This document shows, piece after piece, positions 49,177 through 58,679 of a DNA stretch of 64,000 nucleotides. How positions within the stretch are numbered: the first letter of the stretch is position 1; every line of letters begins with the position of its first letter. The notes beneath the pieces are model-generated. The model was not told the origin of the DNA, searched no databases, and worked only from the letters and a program-made list of their open reading frames with translations. The position numbers and the translations under genes were made by a program. Source of the stretch: Halobacteriovoraceae bacterium (lineage in GTDB: Bacteria; Bdellovibrionota; Bacteriovoracia; Bacteriovoracales; Bacteriovoracaceae). Location of the stretch: positions 356,969 to 420,968 of the forward strand of contig CAVRCF010000003.1 of the NCBI GenBank assembly GCA_963719505.1, read 5' to 3'.

Positions 49177-50404
49177 TATGATTCAGCCTCGTAGGTTACA
49201 GTAATAACTTGATTGTTTTGTGGCTCTTGGCCTTCACTAAATTTGATCGTTTTCGTTGCACTGTCGTAAGTCCAAGATGAATTTATGACACCATCAACTT
49301 TCACGATAATTGCACTTGGGTTAACTGGAGTTTTACTAAGAGCAAAACTTTTCGTTAGAGTTACAATCTCAGTAGAGATGTTGAGTAGAGATGTGTAAAA
49401 ATCCGCATTGATATCAGAGATTGTTCCCCCCGAAGTGTTACTGATTTCTTGGTATCTCTCTGAACCTAAGTCATATCCATTACCCGAGTTAGCTGGATTG
49501 CTGAAAGTATCAACAATACTGTAAGCCTTCACTAGGTTCGGATTCGTCTTCCATGCAGAGATTGCGCTTAGGTGAGTCGCGATATCATTTGGTGATTGAT
49601 CTTCTTCATCAGAAACATAGATTACAGCGTAATAAGCGTCATCTCTAAAGTTCTGAGCTGCGTGCTTTTGAGTAAATGCTTCTGAAGCTAAGATACCTTT
49701 TTCACGACCAGAGCCTCTCGTTCCAACCTGAATCATACTCTGGAAGTCACTAATGAACTTTGATCTGTTTTCTGCTAACTTCTGGCTCGTGAGGGCTTCA
49801 AGAGAACCTGTTACTGGCCTACCCGCTCTATAATTAGAGCTGGTATCAGTCGTCGTAATGCTCATTTTAAAATCAACACCAAGGTCAGCAAACTGATTGA
49901 TAAAAGCGTCAAAGTTTGAAGCTAAGTTGGCCTGCTCATTTTGCATCGATCCAGAGTTATCAATAACCCAAAGAATATCAACAGTTTTTTGAGATGTAGC
50001 ATTCTGAGTGAACTCATCAACAATCGTTACAGTGCTTGTTCCGTTTGTCGCCGTCAGTTCCGTTTGTCCCGTCAGTTCCGTTCGTTCCATCAGTTCCATT
50101 TGTCCCGTCAGTTCCGTTCGTTCCATCAGTTCCATTTGTCCCGTCAGTTCCGTTCGTCCGTCAGTTCCGTTCGTTCCATCAGTTCCGTTTGTCCCATCAG
50201 TTCCATTTGTACCATCAGTTCCGTTTGTACCAACTGTACCATTCGTACCGTTTGATCCGTCAGTGTGACACCGTCGCCAGGAACATCTTCCTGATCTTGA
50301 AATGTTTCAATGTAGTCTTTCTCATAGAATTCTTCTTCATTACAAGCCGAAGTAACACAAAGTATTACGACGAGTGTAAGAAAATTTATAACCGATTTTT
50401 TCAT
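49176..50404 (-). pseudogene. CglB-like VWA lipoprotein with collagen-like stalk, frameshifted within or next to the repeat
   Basis: ATG 50404 after AGGAG; lipobox TSAC; (GTNGTD)n; VDILWVIDNSGSM MIDAS motif; three single-base indels near 50266, 50158 and 50050. Confidence 0.8.
50034..50258 (-). repeat. 18-bp coding tandem repeat, about 25 Gly-X-Y triplets
   Basis: GGN ACR AAY GGA ACT GAY units; variation falls at third codon positions in the Gly-Thr-Asn-Gly-Thr-Asp frame. Confidence 0.9.
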
Positions 50405-50593
50405 CTTGCGCTCCTGTATTAAAGTGAGCGAAAAGAAATGGCGATCATGGGACTTAATTAAATTAATAACCAAATCCAAAAGGCGATTGCCATTCGTATT
50501 TCGGTTATCTATGGAGATTGCTAACAGCTAACGTACAACGGTAAAAAACGTACAACACAATACCAGTAGGGTTTAATGAATTTATTATGGACT

Positions 50594-50621
50594 ATATCGG
50601 AATTTGTTTCAATAATATTTA
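50594..50621 (-). promoter_or_regulatory. Putative sigma-28 promoter of the gliding operon
   Basis: Minus strand TAAA-N16-TCCGATAT, same spacing as the sites at 17913 and 18001. Confidence 0.55.
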
Positions 50622-50658
50622 GGTAAAAACTTGAGGTATATTAAATGATAATAAGACG

Positions 50659-51417
50659 TTATAGAGCCTTTCTACAGTGTTTCGCATCAACGGTGTCAAT
50701 ATACTTTTCACCCTTGGTTAAGCTATCGATTTCAAAGCACTTTCCAGAACTTTTGCCCTCAGGAGTGTGGAAAATATAGACAGTCTCATTCGGTTTACAC
50801 TTTTCTTTTATGACTCTTTGAGAATATCTTTGGGCTCCGTCGGGGTGCACTTCATAGCAAGTACCCTTAAAGAAATCAGAGCCTTTATCAAAGAGATATT
50901 CTACTACATCGGGCCTGCAATGAGAGTCTTTGGTTTTTACAAAGACTATTTCTCCTGAAGAAGTGTCTTGAATAAGACAGTCTCCACGCATATTCCCGGT
51001 AGGTTTCCATTTGAAAATTTGTTCTTCGTTGTCACAGTATTTATTTTCTACTTTTTGATAGTAAGCTTTGCCTTGAGTTGGTTTATCTAAAGAATAGCAG
51101 GCGGAAGTCTTTTTTATTTGTTTGAACTCATAAATTGTTGTGTCAGTTGCGCATTTTTTTGTTTTTGTTTTCTCAATATAGTTTTGACCATTTGTCGCCT
51201 CGTCTACTATGAAGCAGTACCCACTTTCGTAATCGAAGGAAAAACTGGTTTTCTCTGGAAGACAGTTTTTTCTAGAAACTTTTAAGCGAAAAGTTTTACC
51301 TTTTGTTTTTATATCGCGCTCAAAGCAGTGGCCCTTTTTTTGATTTTCTTTGATAAAGATAAACTCAGTCTGAGCCAAAACGGTAAATGTCATAAAAAGG
51401 ATTGTTAATATGTACAT
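50659..51417 (-). CDS. Secreted protein of six ~39-aa two-cysteine repeats
   Basis: Signal peptide; repeated GxC[FY]xxDxxTxGxx[YF]x8C. Confidence 0.8.
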   Translation of the reverse strand: MYILTILFMTFTVLAQTEFIFIKENQKKGHCFERDIKTKGKTFRLKVSRKNCLPEKTSFSFDYESGYCFIVDEATNGQNYIEKTKTKKCATDTTIYEFKQIKKTSACYSLDKPTQGKAYYQKVENKYCDNEEQIFKWKPTGNMRGDCLIQDTSSGEIVFVKTKDSHCRPDVVEYLFDKGSDFFKGTCYEVHPDGAQRYSQRVIKEKCKPNETVYIFHTPEGKSSGKCFEIDSLTKGEKYIDTVDAKHCRKAL

Positions 51418-51523
51418 TTAGATATCATAACGGATTGAGAGGGCTTTTATGAAGAAAAAAATAACATTCTTGTCAATGACCATTCAAGGTGACAAATCTC
51501 TGGATCTGCTTTATCCTTTTTGC

Positions 51524-51769
51524 ATGGATAATTACTTAGATCTTTCAAAGTTTAAAACTAGTTCCATTGGGACAAATGTTGACTCCACTGATGATGTTCT
51601 TCAAATTGATTATGAATTCACCTGGTTGGGGTGGTTTTTTATCACCTTTTTTGGAACCACTCAAACACCAACTAAAATCAGTTTTACCTGCAAAAAGACT
51701 GGCGAAGTTTTTGAGGTTCTCGAGGATAAAAAGATGATTAAATACTACATGCTTCTTTGTCGTAAGTGA
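51524..51769 (+). CDS. Small membrane-associated hypothetical protein
   Basis: Hydrophobic WLGWFFITFFG segment; start uncertain (51449 or 51524). Confidence 0.5.
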   Translation: MDNYLDLSKFKTSSIGTNVDSTDDVLQIDYEFTWLGWFFITFFGTTQTPTKISFTCKKTGEVFEVLEDKKMIKYYMLLCRK

Positions 51770-51859
51770 GGCTTAGGAACATCTTCGAAGCGATAGTTTA
51801 TTTTAGCTAGAGATAAAAGTTAGACAGTAAAATAAGAAATGTTTTGGCGGATGAAAAAA

Positions 51860-51934
51860 TGGTGGTCGTGACAAGGATTGAACTTGTGACCCCCTCGATG
51901 TCAACGAGGTGCTCTCCCACTGAGCTACACGACC
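51860..51934 (-). tRNA. tRNA-Val(GAC)
   Basis: GGTCGTG acceptor stem, TAGCTCAG D-arm, CCTCG-TTGACAT-CGAGG anticodon arm, TTCAA T-loop, encoded CCA. Confidence 0.96.
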
Positions 51935-51987
51935 AATAAAAAGTTAGTATCTATTTAAGTGTTTTTACTTCAACTAGTCAATATATA

Positions 51988-53631
51988 GTGTTAAAACATG
52001 GCATGCAAAAAAGACTTGATCGAAGATTTCTGCCGTGGCTCATCGCGCATTCATTCGAATTTTGGTATTATTATATAGGTGCAACAGCATCATTGTACTT
52101 TCTGCACTATTATCAAAGTGAAATTCCCAGAATGGCGAAAGAACTAGGGGATAAAGTTGCGATTGGAAAGATCGCTGAAGTTTCTATTATGGACTTCATC
52201 TACCTTGCTATTGGGATTCTGATCTTTAGAACGCTGTCTCGTCTTTTGTTTTTTTATCCAGCGAGAATCCAGCAAAAAAGTTTAAGACTTGAGCTTATCT
52301 CAACTCTCGAAAGGGCAAATCCACAAACATATAAGGATTATAACGATGGTCAACTTTTTCAGACTATCTATAATGATCTGAATCGAATTAGAGGGTTTGT
52401 TGGGTTCGCATTGTTGCAGGTCGGGAATATCGTAATCGCTTCATCTATTTTTATTCCCAAAATTAATGAATTCAATCCGGATCTTTTGATAGCCTTTTCT
52501 CCAATGCTTCTTTGTATCGTTATTTTTACATCGGTTGCCTACTTTATGCAGCCTGTAAATGCCAAGGGGATGGACCTTGCAGGCGAGGTTCAAAATTTCA
52601 TTATTGAGTCTTATGATGCTAAAAAAACAATAAAGAATTTTCACTCAGAAAAAGCTTTTTATAAATTGTTTAAGTTTCACTCCAATGCTGAACTTTGGAA
52701 TTTCTTTGTTTATTCGGCTTCTCGCAATATCTCTTTTCCTCTTATTAAGATCGGCAGCGGAGCTTCATTGATTTGGGGAGCTATTATCATCAAGGAATCG
52801 GGTCAACCGGGAACGGCCCTTATCTTCTTTGCAGGTTTTCTTTATTTAGTTTTAGAGCCACTTATGTTGATGTCTTGGATTGGGGTCGTTACCAGTCAGG
52901 GCTTTGCATCTTGGGCCAGAATTAAAAAACTGCTCGCTTCTATTGAGACAAAGGCTGATTTAAAGATTTCAGGGGCCTTGGATGATGCAGAGGTTTTATT
53001 TTGGACAAAGCCTCAGCAAATAAAAATTAAAAAGGGAAAGTGGAATGTTCTCGTGGGAGATACGGGTGTTGGAAAGTCATATGTGTTAGAAAATTATGCA
53101 CTCCTACTTGAAGCGAATAATCAATCGATAAGTTTTATCCAACAGGAACCCTTTCTGTATAATGATACGATTAAAAATAATATCTTTTTAAATTTAGAGG
53201 AAACTCCAGAAAAAATAGAACAGGTTAAAGAATATCTGGTCATGTTCGCCCTTGATAACTTAGATAGCTCACTGGATGAGATCTTGAATATGGAAGTCGG
53301 TGAGAATGGAAAAAAAGTCTCTGGAGGACAAGCAAAGCGTGTGGCTTTAATAAGAAGTTTAATTAGTGATGTCGAGTTTATCGTTTGGGATGATCCATTT
53401 TCAAGTGTTGACTTGATTTTGGAGCGAGATATTTTGGCCAAGTTAAAAGACAACCCAAGATTAAAAAATAAAACTTTTATTTTCTCTAGTCACAGGCTTT
53501 CGACGGTGCGAAGTTGCGAGTGGCTCATCTTTTTAGATAAAAATGAAAATGAGTTTTTCCACGGCAAAACGGCAGAGATTTTAAATAAGGAAAATAAAGT
53601 AAGTGAATACTTCAATAAGCAATTGGTTTGA
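51988..53631 (+). CDS. ABC exporter (TMD+NBD), first subunit of a heterodimer
   Basis: TM helices; GDTGVGKS, VSGGQ, degenerate Walker B FIVWDD; start may be ATG 52003. Confidence 0.88.
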   Translation: MLKHGMQKRLDRRFLPWLIAHSFEFWYYYIGATASLYFLHYYQSEIPRMAKELGDKVAIGKIAEVSIMDFIYLAIGILIFRTLSRLLFFYPARIQQKSLRLELISTLERANPQTYKDYNDGQLFQTIYNDLNRIRGFVGFALLQVGNIVIASSIFIPKINEFNPDLLIAFSPMLLCIVIFTSVAYFMQPVNAKGMDLAGEVQNFIIESYDAKKTIKNFHSEKAFYKLFKFHSNAELWNFFVYSASRNISFPLIKIGSGASLIWGAIIIKESGQPGTALIFFAGFLYLVLEPLMLMSWIGVVTSQGFASWARIKKLLASIETKADLKISGALDDAEVLFWTKPQQIKIKKGKWNVLVGDTGVGKSYVLENYALLLEANNQSISFIQQEPFLYNDTIKNNIFLNLEETPEKIEQVKEYLVMFALDNLDSSLDEILNMEVGENGKKVSGGQAKRVALIRSLISDVEFIVWDDPFSSVDLILERDILAKLKDNPRLKNKTFIFSSHRLSTVRSCEWLIFLDKNENEFFHGKTAEILNKENKVSEYFNKQLV

Positions 53632-55372
53632 TTACCTCTATTTAAAGAATCATCGAAGGCTAGTCATTTTAATTATGATCTCTCTCGGTGCGGCAGCTTA
53701 TCTAGGATATCTGACGCCTAAGCTGATTTCTGACCTGTATGCCAGCTATGATGATAATAATATGTTTTATCCCGCTTTAAAAAATATAGGGATCCTCATC
53801 ATTGCTGAATACTTGGTTCAGGTGACCTATCAGGTCTGTCTCTCTCGTTATGTTCAGCACCTTATTCAAAGTATTCGTCTGAGAAGCTTTTCCAAATGGA
53901 TCAGAAGCTACGAGTCGGTGGGAGCAGGTAAATTCGGTGATAATAAATACCCTCTAGGAGAAGTCCTTTCAAGAATTCTCTCTGATACAGAGGCCATTAT
54001 TGAGCTTGTTAGTTCTGGAAGCTTAAAAATATTTATTGACCTCACTTATATTATTTCGTGTCTGATTAGTTTTATCTCTCTTAATACAACAAGTGGTCTC
54101 ACGCTTATTTTTGCTGAGGTTTTGGCCTGTATTCTTTTGGTTTTAGGGTCAAAAAAAATGTCTTCAGTTTATCTTGCCGTAAGAAAATCGATGGGGCGCA
54201 TGTCCAGAGTTGTGGCCAATATTACTGCTGGATTTAGATTTACATATTTTACTCCCAATAAGCTTTATGCTTCTAATCGCTCCTATGCTGCTTTTGAAGA
54301 CTTTCTAAAAAAGCAGTTAAAAGCTAATGTTTGGGATGCTGGATATTATTCCATCGCAGAGTCTTTATTTCCTCTGCTTTTGGTTGTTCTCGTTTTAATT
54401 TTTCCTTATTCCAATATTGTCGAGATGGCTATTTTAGCTGCGATTATAGATCTTATTCAGCGCTCAATTTCTCCCATTAAAGAATTTGCTTCGAAAATTT
54501 CGAGTATCCAAAGAGCAAAGTCTGGGTTGATTAGAATTGTTGAGTTTAATAAAGATATAGATAAACTTCCTAGTGTCTCATTTGGTGAGTTAAAGCCTGT
54601 TTTTGATTTAGATCAGATACGAGTTGATGTGAATTCATTTCATTATCCTGAAGTTAAAGACCAAAAAAGATCGGCTTTTGGGCTTGAAAATGTTGTCTTT
54701 GAAGCTGGTGCTGGGGATTTAGTGGGAATTGTGGGAATGTCAGGTTCTGGAAAGTCGACTCTTTTAAAGATTCTCTCCACTGATATTTTGGCAAATGACT
54801 CTTTGATAACCCTGAGCAAAAAGACAGGTGAAAAAATTGAGTTTTCTGGAAAGAGTCTTGATACTTTGGATGAATATAAAAGACAGGTGAGTATTGTGTC
54901 TCAAGAGTCCCATGTCTTTACCGAAAGTCTCCAGTTTAATATTACACTGAGTACCAAGACTAAAGATGACTTCGCGGAATTTTGGAATAAAGTTGCGCTG
55001 AGTATTCCTTATATAAAAAAGTGGGGGATTACTCCTGAGACAATTGTTTCTCCAAAAGACTTGTCCCTTGGGCAGAAGCAACTTTTGTCAGCGCTTCGAT
55101 CCTGTTATCTAACAAAACCTATCGTTCTTTTTGATGAGATATCATCAGGCTTAGATTCAGACCTAGAGGAAGCTTTAAGGAAGTTAGTGCTTCTTATCCA
55201 AGAAAATTCACTGACATTTATCGTCGCTCACCGTATCGAGACTATTATTCATGCAAATAAAATTATCGTTATGTCTGAGGGAAGGGTGGAGTCAATTGGA
55301 AAGCACTCAGAGCTGCTGGAGAATTCTGCTACGTATCAAGAGTTCATTACTCAACTACAGGGTGTCTCTTAA
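53603..55372 (+). CDS. ABC exporter (TMD+NBD), second subunit of a heterodimer
   Basis: GMSGSGKS, LSLGQ signature, IVLFDE, VAHR. Confidence 0.88.
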   Translation: MNTSISNWFDYLYLKNHRRLVILIMISLGAAAYLGYLTPKLISDLYASYDDNNMFYPALKNIGILIIAEYLVQVTYQVCLSRYVQHLIQSIRLRSFSKWIRSYESVGAGKFGDNKYPLGEVLSRILSDTEAIIELVSSGSLKIFIDLTYIISCLISFISLNTTSGLTLIFAEVLACILLVLGSKKMSSVYLAVRKSMGRMSRVVANITAGFRFTYFTPNKLYASNRSYAAFEDFLKKQLKANVWDAGYYSIAESLFPLLLVVLVLIFPYSNIVEMAILAAIIDLIQRSISPIKEFASKISSIQRAKSGLIRIVEFNKDIDKLPSVSFGELKPVFDLDQIRVDVNSFHYPEVKDQKRSAFGLENVVFEAGAGDLVGIVGMSGSGKSTLLKILSTDILANDSLITLSKKTGEKIEFSGKSLDTLDEYKRQVSIVSQESHVFTESLQFNITLSTKTKDDFAEFWNKVALSIPYIKKWGITPETIVSPKDLSLGQKQLLSALRSCYLTKPIVLFDEISSGLDSDLEEALRKLVLLIQENSLTFIVAHRIETIIHANKIIVMSEGRVESIGKHSELLENSATYQEFITQLQGVS

Positions 55373-55470
55373 ATTTCTCGTTCGTTTATTCCCCTTTTTG
55401 ACGAGTTCATGTATCATCTTGAAGTTATTAGAATTAAATCATAAATCAATCTGAGTCGAAAGGAGTCGTC

Positions 55471-56511
55471 ATGAGTTTAAAACTGCGTTTAGTTGCTCTA
55501 TCAATAATTGTGATCGCTTTTGGTGCGTCTTGCACTAAAGGAAATACAAAACCAAGTTATAAGTACAAAGCCGCATCGGGTGATGGTGTCGCTGTGAAAG
55601 TTGGAGATATTACTATCTCTCAAGAAGAGCTCATGAAAGGTCTTGAGACTGACCTTTATGATATCGAGCAAAAAGAATTCGATTTGAAATTTAACAAAGC
55701 TAATTCACTTGTTATTGAGAAGTTGATGGATAAAGATCCAAAGAAAAAGGGCCTATCAAATGACGAATATATGGAAAAGTATATTGTCTCAAAAATTGAA
55801 ATCACAGCAAACGATATTAACAATTTTGTAAAAGAAAAAAATATTCCTGCTGCTCAGGTTAACCCTCAGATCAAAGAGAGAATTAAGCAATATCTCATGG
55901 TAGAGAAGAAGAAAGATGCACTTGATGACTGGTTAGCTGAAAAAACAAAAAGCACACCGATCGAGATCTTTTTTAAGAAGCCAAGAAGACCTAGCTTTGA
56001 TGTAAAAGTAGGGGATGCTCCAACAATCGGTGGAAAAGATGCGAAAGTTGAAGTGGTTGAATTCTCAGACTTTCAGTGTCCATTTTGTTCAAAGGCTTCA
56101 ATTATTCTTAAGCAGTTGAAACAAAAATATGGCAAGAAAATTAAAATCGCCTTTAAACAATATCCTCTTCCCTTTCATGCTCAAGCAAAAGGAGCTGCTA
56201 TTGCTTCTCTTTGTGCAAATGACCAAAAAACAGAGTACTTTTGGAAAATGCACGATGCTATGTTTGAAAACCAGGCAAAGCTTGCAGTTGCTGACTTAAA
56301 AGAGACGGCTAAAAGAATCGGTTTGGATTCGGCAAAGTTTGATAAGTGCCTTGATTCTCAGCAGTTCTTAGCGGCAGTTGAAGCTGATATTAAGCAAGGT
56401 CAAGAAATAGGTGTTAAATCCACACCAACTTTCTTCGTCAATGGCCAACTTGTTCAGGGAGCTCAACCGATTGAAGTTTTCTCTGAAATTATTGATGCAG
56501 AATTAGAATAA
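55471..56511 (+). CDS. DsbA-family thioredoxin lipoprotein with SurA-N-like region
   Basis: Lipobox GASC; EFSDFQCPFC; GVKSTPTFFVNG. Confidence 0.9.
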   Translation: MSLKLRLVALSIIVIAFGASCTKGNTKPSYKYKAASGDGVAVKVGDITISQEELMKGLETDLYDIEQKEFDLKFNKANSLVIEKLMDKDPKKKGLSNDEYMEKYIVSKIEITANDINNFVKEKNIPAAQVNPQIKERIKQYLMVEKKKDALDDWLAEKTKSTPIEIFFKKPRRPSFDVKVGDAPTIGGKDAKVEVVEFSDFQCPFCSKASIILKQLKQKYGKKIKIAFKQYPLPFHAQAKGAAIASLCANDQKTEYFWKMHDAMFENQAKLAVADLKETAKRIGLDSAKFDKCLDSQQFLAAVEADIKQGQEIGVKSTPTFFVNGQLVQGAQPIEVFSEIIDAELE

Positions 56512-56531
56512 ACCAATAAAATAAGTCAATT

Positions 56532-56560
56532 ATCGGGGTAAGCGAAGAATTTACCCCGAT
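56532..56560. terminator. Hairpin downstream of the DsbA-like gene
   Basis: ATCGGGGTAA..TTACCCCGAT; poor U-tract. Confidence 0.5.
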
Positions 56561-56628
56561 TCAAAACAGTCCCTCTCTAATGCTATACTATTCATAACGG
56601 CCAGGATGGCCCTCATTTAATCATATAG

Positions 56629-58614
56629 GTGTTACCAATGAATGGTATTGATTATTCTAGAAAACTAGATCTTGAACGACAAAACTATCGTCAAAAAGCG
56701 GATGAAACTCGGCGGGCGGCAGAATCCTATACTAAAGATGTTAAAGAAAACTATGAAAATAAAGTTGAAGATATAAGAGAAAATAGTCTTAAGCACAAAG
56801 CAAACCTTGAAGAAAAATTTAAAGATTCCTACGACAATATGGATAGGTCCACAAGAGACGCACTTCTTGATAAGCAGCTAACTTTTAACAAAAAATTAGA
56901 TACAGAACGCAAAGAGTTTACGGGGATAAGAAAAGAAAATCTTGAAGATTTTAATCGTCGTTTTAAAGTTTTAAATGACTCTTATCAGTCTTCAATTGAT
57001 GAATTAAAAGAGACTTCTAAAGAAAGAGGGGATTACCAAAGCGAAAACTATGAGGCGAAGGTCTCAAAGTTACAGGCCGAGAAAGACCAAGCTCTCAAAG
57101 AGTTCCAATATCGATCTTCGGTTTCAAATGATGAAGTTGCTTCTGACTATAGAAAAGAGAAGAGTGAGATCATAGACGCAAAAGATAAAGAGATGCGTGA
57201 ACTGGTTAAACAGGAACAAGATAAGAGAAATTTCTTAAAAAATACCGCCGTGAAAAGTGTAGAGGATTTAAAGAATGATCAAGAAGCTTCACTCAAGAGA
57301 TTAAGTGATGTGACAGATGCTAGGATAAGAGATGTTCAAAACAACTCTTCTGCAAAAATAAATGAGTTAAATGACAAGAGCACACAAAAGCTTAGTGACT
57401 TAAATAATAAAGCTCAAAGTGAATCGTTAGCACAAAACAAAGAATTCAATGAGGCTTTCGAAAAACAGTCTTTTGAAAATAGACAAGCGATTAGAGATCT
57501 CAACTCTCACCAAAGAGCTCGTGGATTGGGTAAAGATTCTCCAGCCAACGTGAGTATAAATGAAAAGAAGCTTGAGTTGGAAAGGTTATCCAACGAATCA
57601 AGAATAGATACTCTCAAAGACCAAAAAGAAAATGTCGAAAAAATTTACGCTGAAAGAGAAGAGCGGGCAATCGATCGTTTTCAAGATGGATATCGAGAAA
57701 TGAGAATTGACCTGTCTGATAAGCTTCAAGAACAAGAAAGAGAAATGTCAGAGGTAAATAGGGTTGAGAGATACAAAGATTTAAAATTGATGTCTGAAAA
57801 GGATGACTCTCATTACAAAGTTCTCAATGAAGAAAGAGAGAACTCTTCAAGAGAAATAAATAAAGTTAAAAGAGAAGCGAGAGAAAACTTTCAAAGGGTA
57901 ACAAAAACTTACTCAGGTGATCTTAGAAATGTTCAAACGATAGCTGATGCTCAAGTTGATGAAATGAAAAAGAATACAACAGAGGAGAAAAAGAGTCTTC
58001 AAAATTCTCTGCAAGCAAATACTCAAGAAAGTCTCGCTAATGAGCGTAAAATTCAAAATGAAAAGTATTCAAAAATGGAACAGTCTTTTCAAAAGAAATT
58101 TTTGAATCTCCAAAATAAAAATACAGAAACCAAGACGGCTTATGAAAATAAGATGCGAAATCTTATCACTGCAACAAATGATAAAATTAGACAAACCAAA
58201 GAAGACCTCCAAGAATCAGCGAACAATCAGTTGAAAATGGAAAGAGAGAATAACGAATCAAAGCTGAAACAACTTCGCGATTCTATGGCACTTCTTAGGG
58301 CCACTTCGGATAAGAAATTAACGGAGCAAAGACTAGAAAATACTCAAAAAATTAGCGAACTAACCTACGGCTACGAGAATAAACTTAAGAACCAAGAAGA
58401 GAAGTTTAAAGATATTATTGATCAAAACCAAAGAAAAGCTGAAATTGATAACGATAGGCTAAGGCTTGCTACAGCTCAAGAGAAGGAAACTTTGATGGAG
58501 CAATATGAGCAAAAGCTAGAGCGTATGGAAGCCATGAATAATCAGAAGCTTACCAATATGGAAAAGTACGCTGGTCTACAAATTTCACAGAAACGTGGAT
58601 CAATTCAAGCATAA
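56629..58614 (+). CDS. Long coiled-coil protein
   Basis: About 660 aa rich in E/K/Q/N/R, almost no Pro, no TM or signal peptide; start may be ATG 56638. Confidence 0.75.
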   Translation: MLPMNGIDYSRKLDLERQNYRQKADETRRAAESYTKDVKENYENKVEDIRENSLKHKANLEEKFKDSYDNMDRSTRDALLDKQLTFNKKLDTERKEFTGIRKENLEDFNRRFKVLNDSYQSSIDELKETSKERGDYQSENYEAKVSKLQAEKDQALKEFQYRSSVSNDEVASDYRKEKSEIIDAKDKEMRELVKQEQDKRNFLKNTAVKSVEDLKNDQEASLKRLSDVTDARIRDVQNNSSAKINELNDKSTQKLSDLNNKAQSESLAQNKEFNEAFEKQSFENRQAIRDLNSHQRARGLGKDSPANVSINEKKLELERLSNESRIDTLKDQKENVEKIYAEREERAIDRFQDGYREMRIDLSDKLQEQEREMSEVNRVERYKDLKLMSEKDDSHYKVLNEERENSSREINKVKREARENFQRVTKTYSGDLRNVQTIADAQVDEMKKNTTEEKKSLQNSLQANTQESLANERKIQNEKYSKMEQSFQKKFLNLQNKNTETKTAYENKMRNLITATNDKIRQTKEDLQESANNQLKMERENNESKLKQLRDSMALLRATSDKKLTEQRLENTQKISELTYGYENKLKNQEEKFKDIIDQNQRKAEIDNDRLRLATAQEKETLMEQYEQKLERMEAMNNQKLTNMEKYAGLQISQKRGSIQA

Positions 58615-58679
58615 TCTTGTCACATATCACTCACTAGGCTAGATTGAGACTATAAATTTATGGTCTTAGGAGTTTAGGA

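Noticed and set aside
50034-50258. Possible CRISPR array or non-coding repeat
   Set aside because: Units are contiguous 9/18-mers without unique spacers, vary at codon third positions, and no cas genes are present
49941-50422. Plus-strand ORFs with PSVPFV, RQFRSF or SSVRSI repeats
   Set aside because: Antisense shadows of the Gly-Thr-Asn/Asp repeat; the minus-strand reading has an RBS, a lipobox and operon context
51988-55372. Degenerate ABC motifs (WDD Walker B, LSLGQ signature) as a novelty
   Set aside because: One degenerate ATP site is normal for heterodimeric exporters
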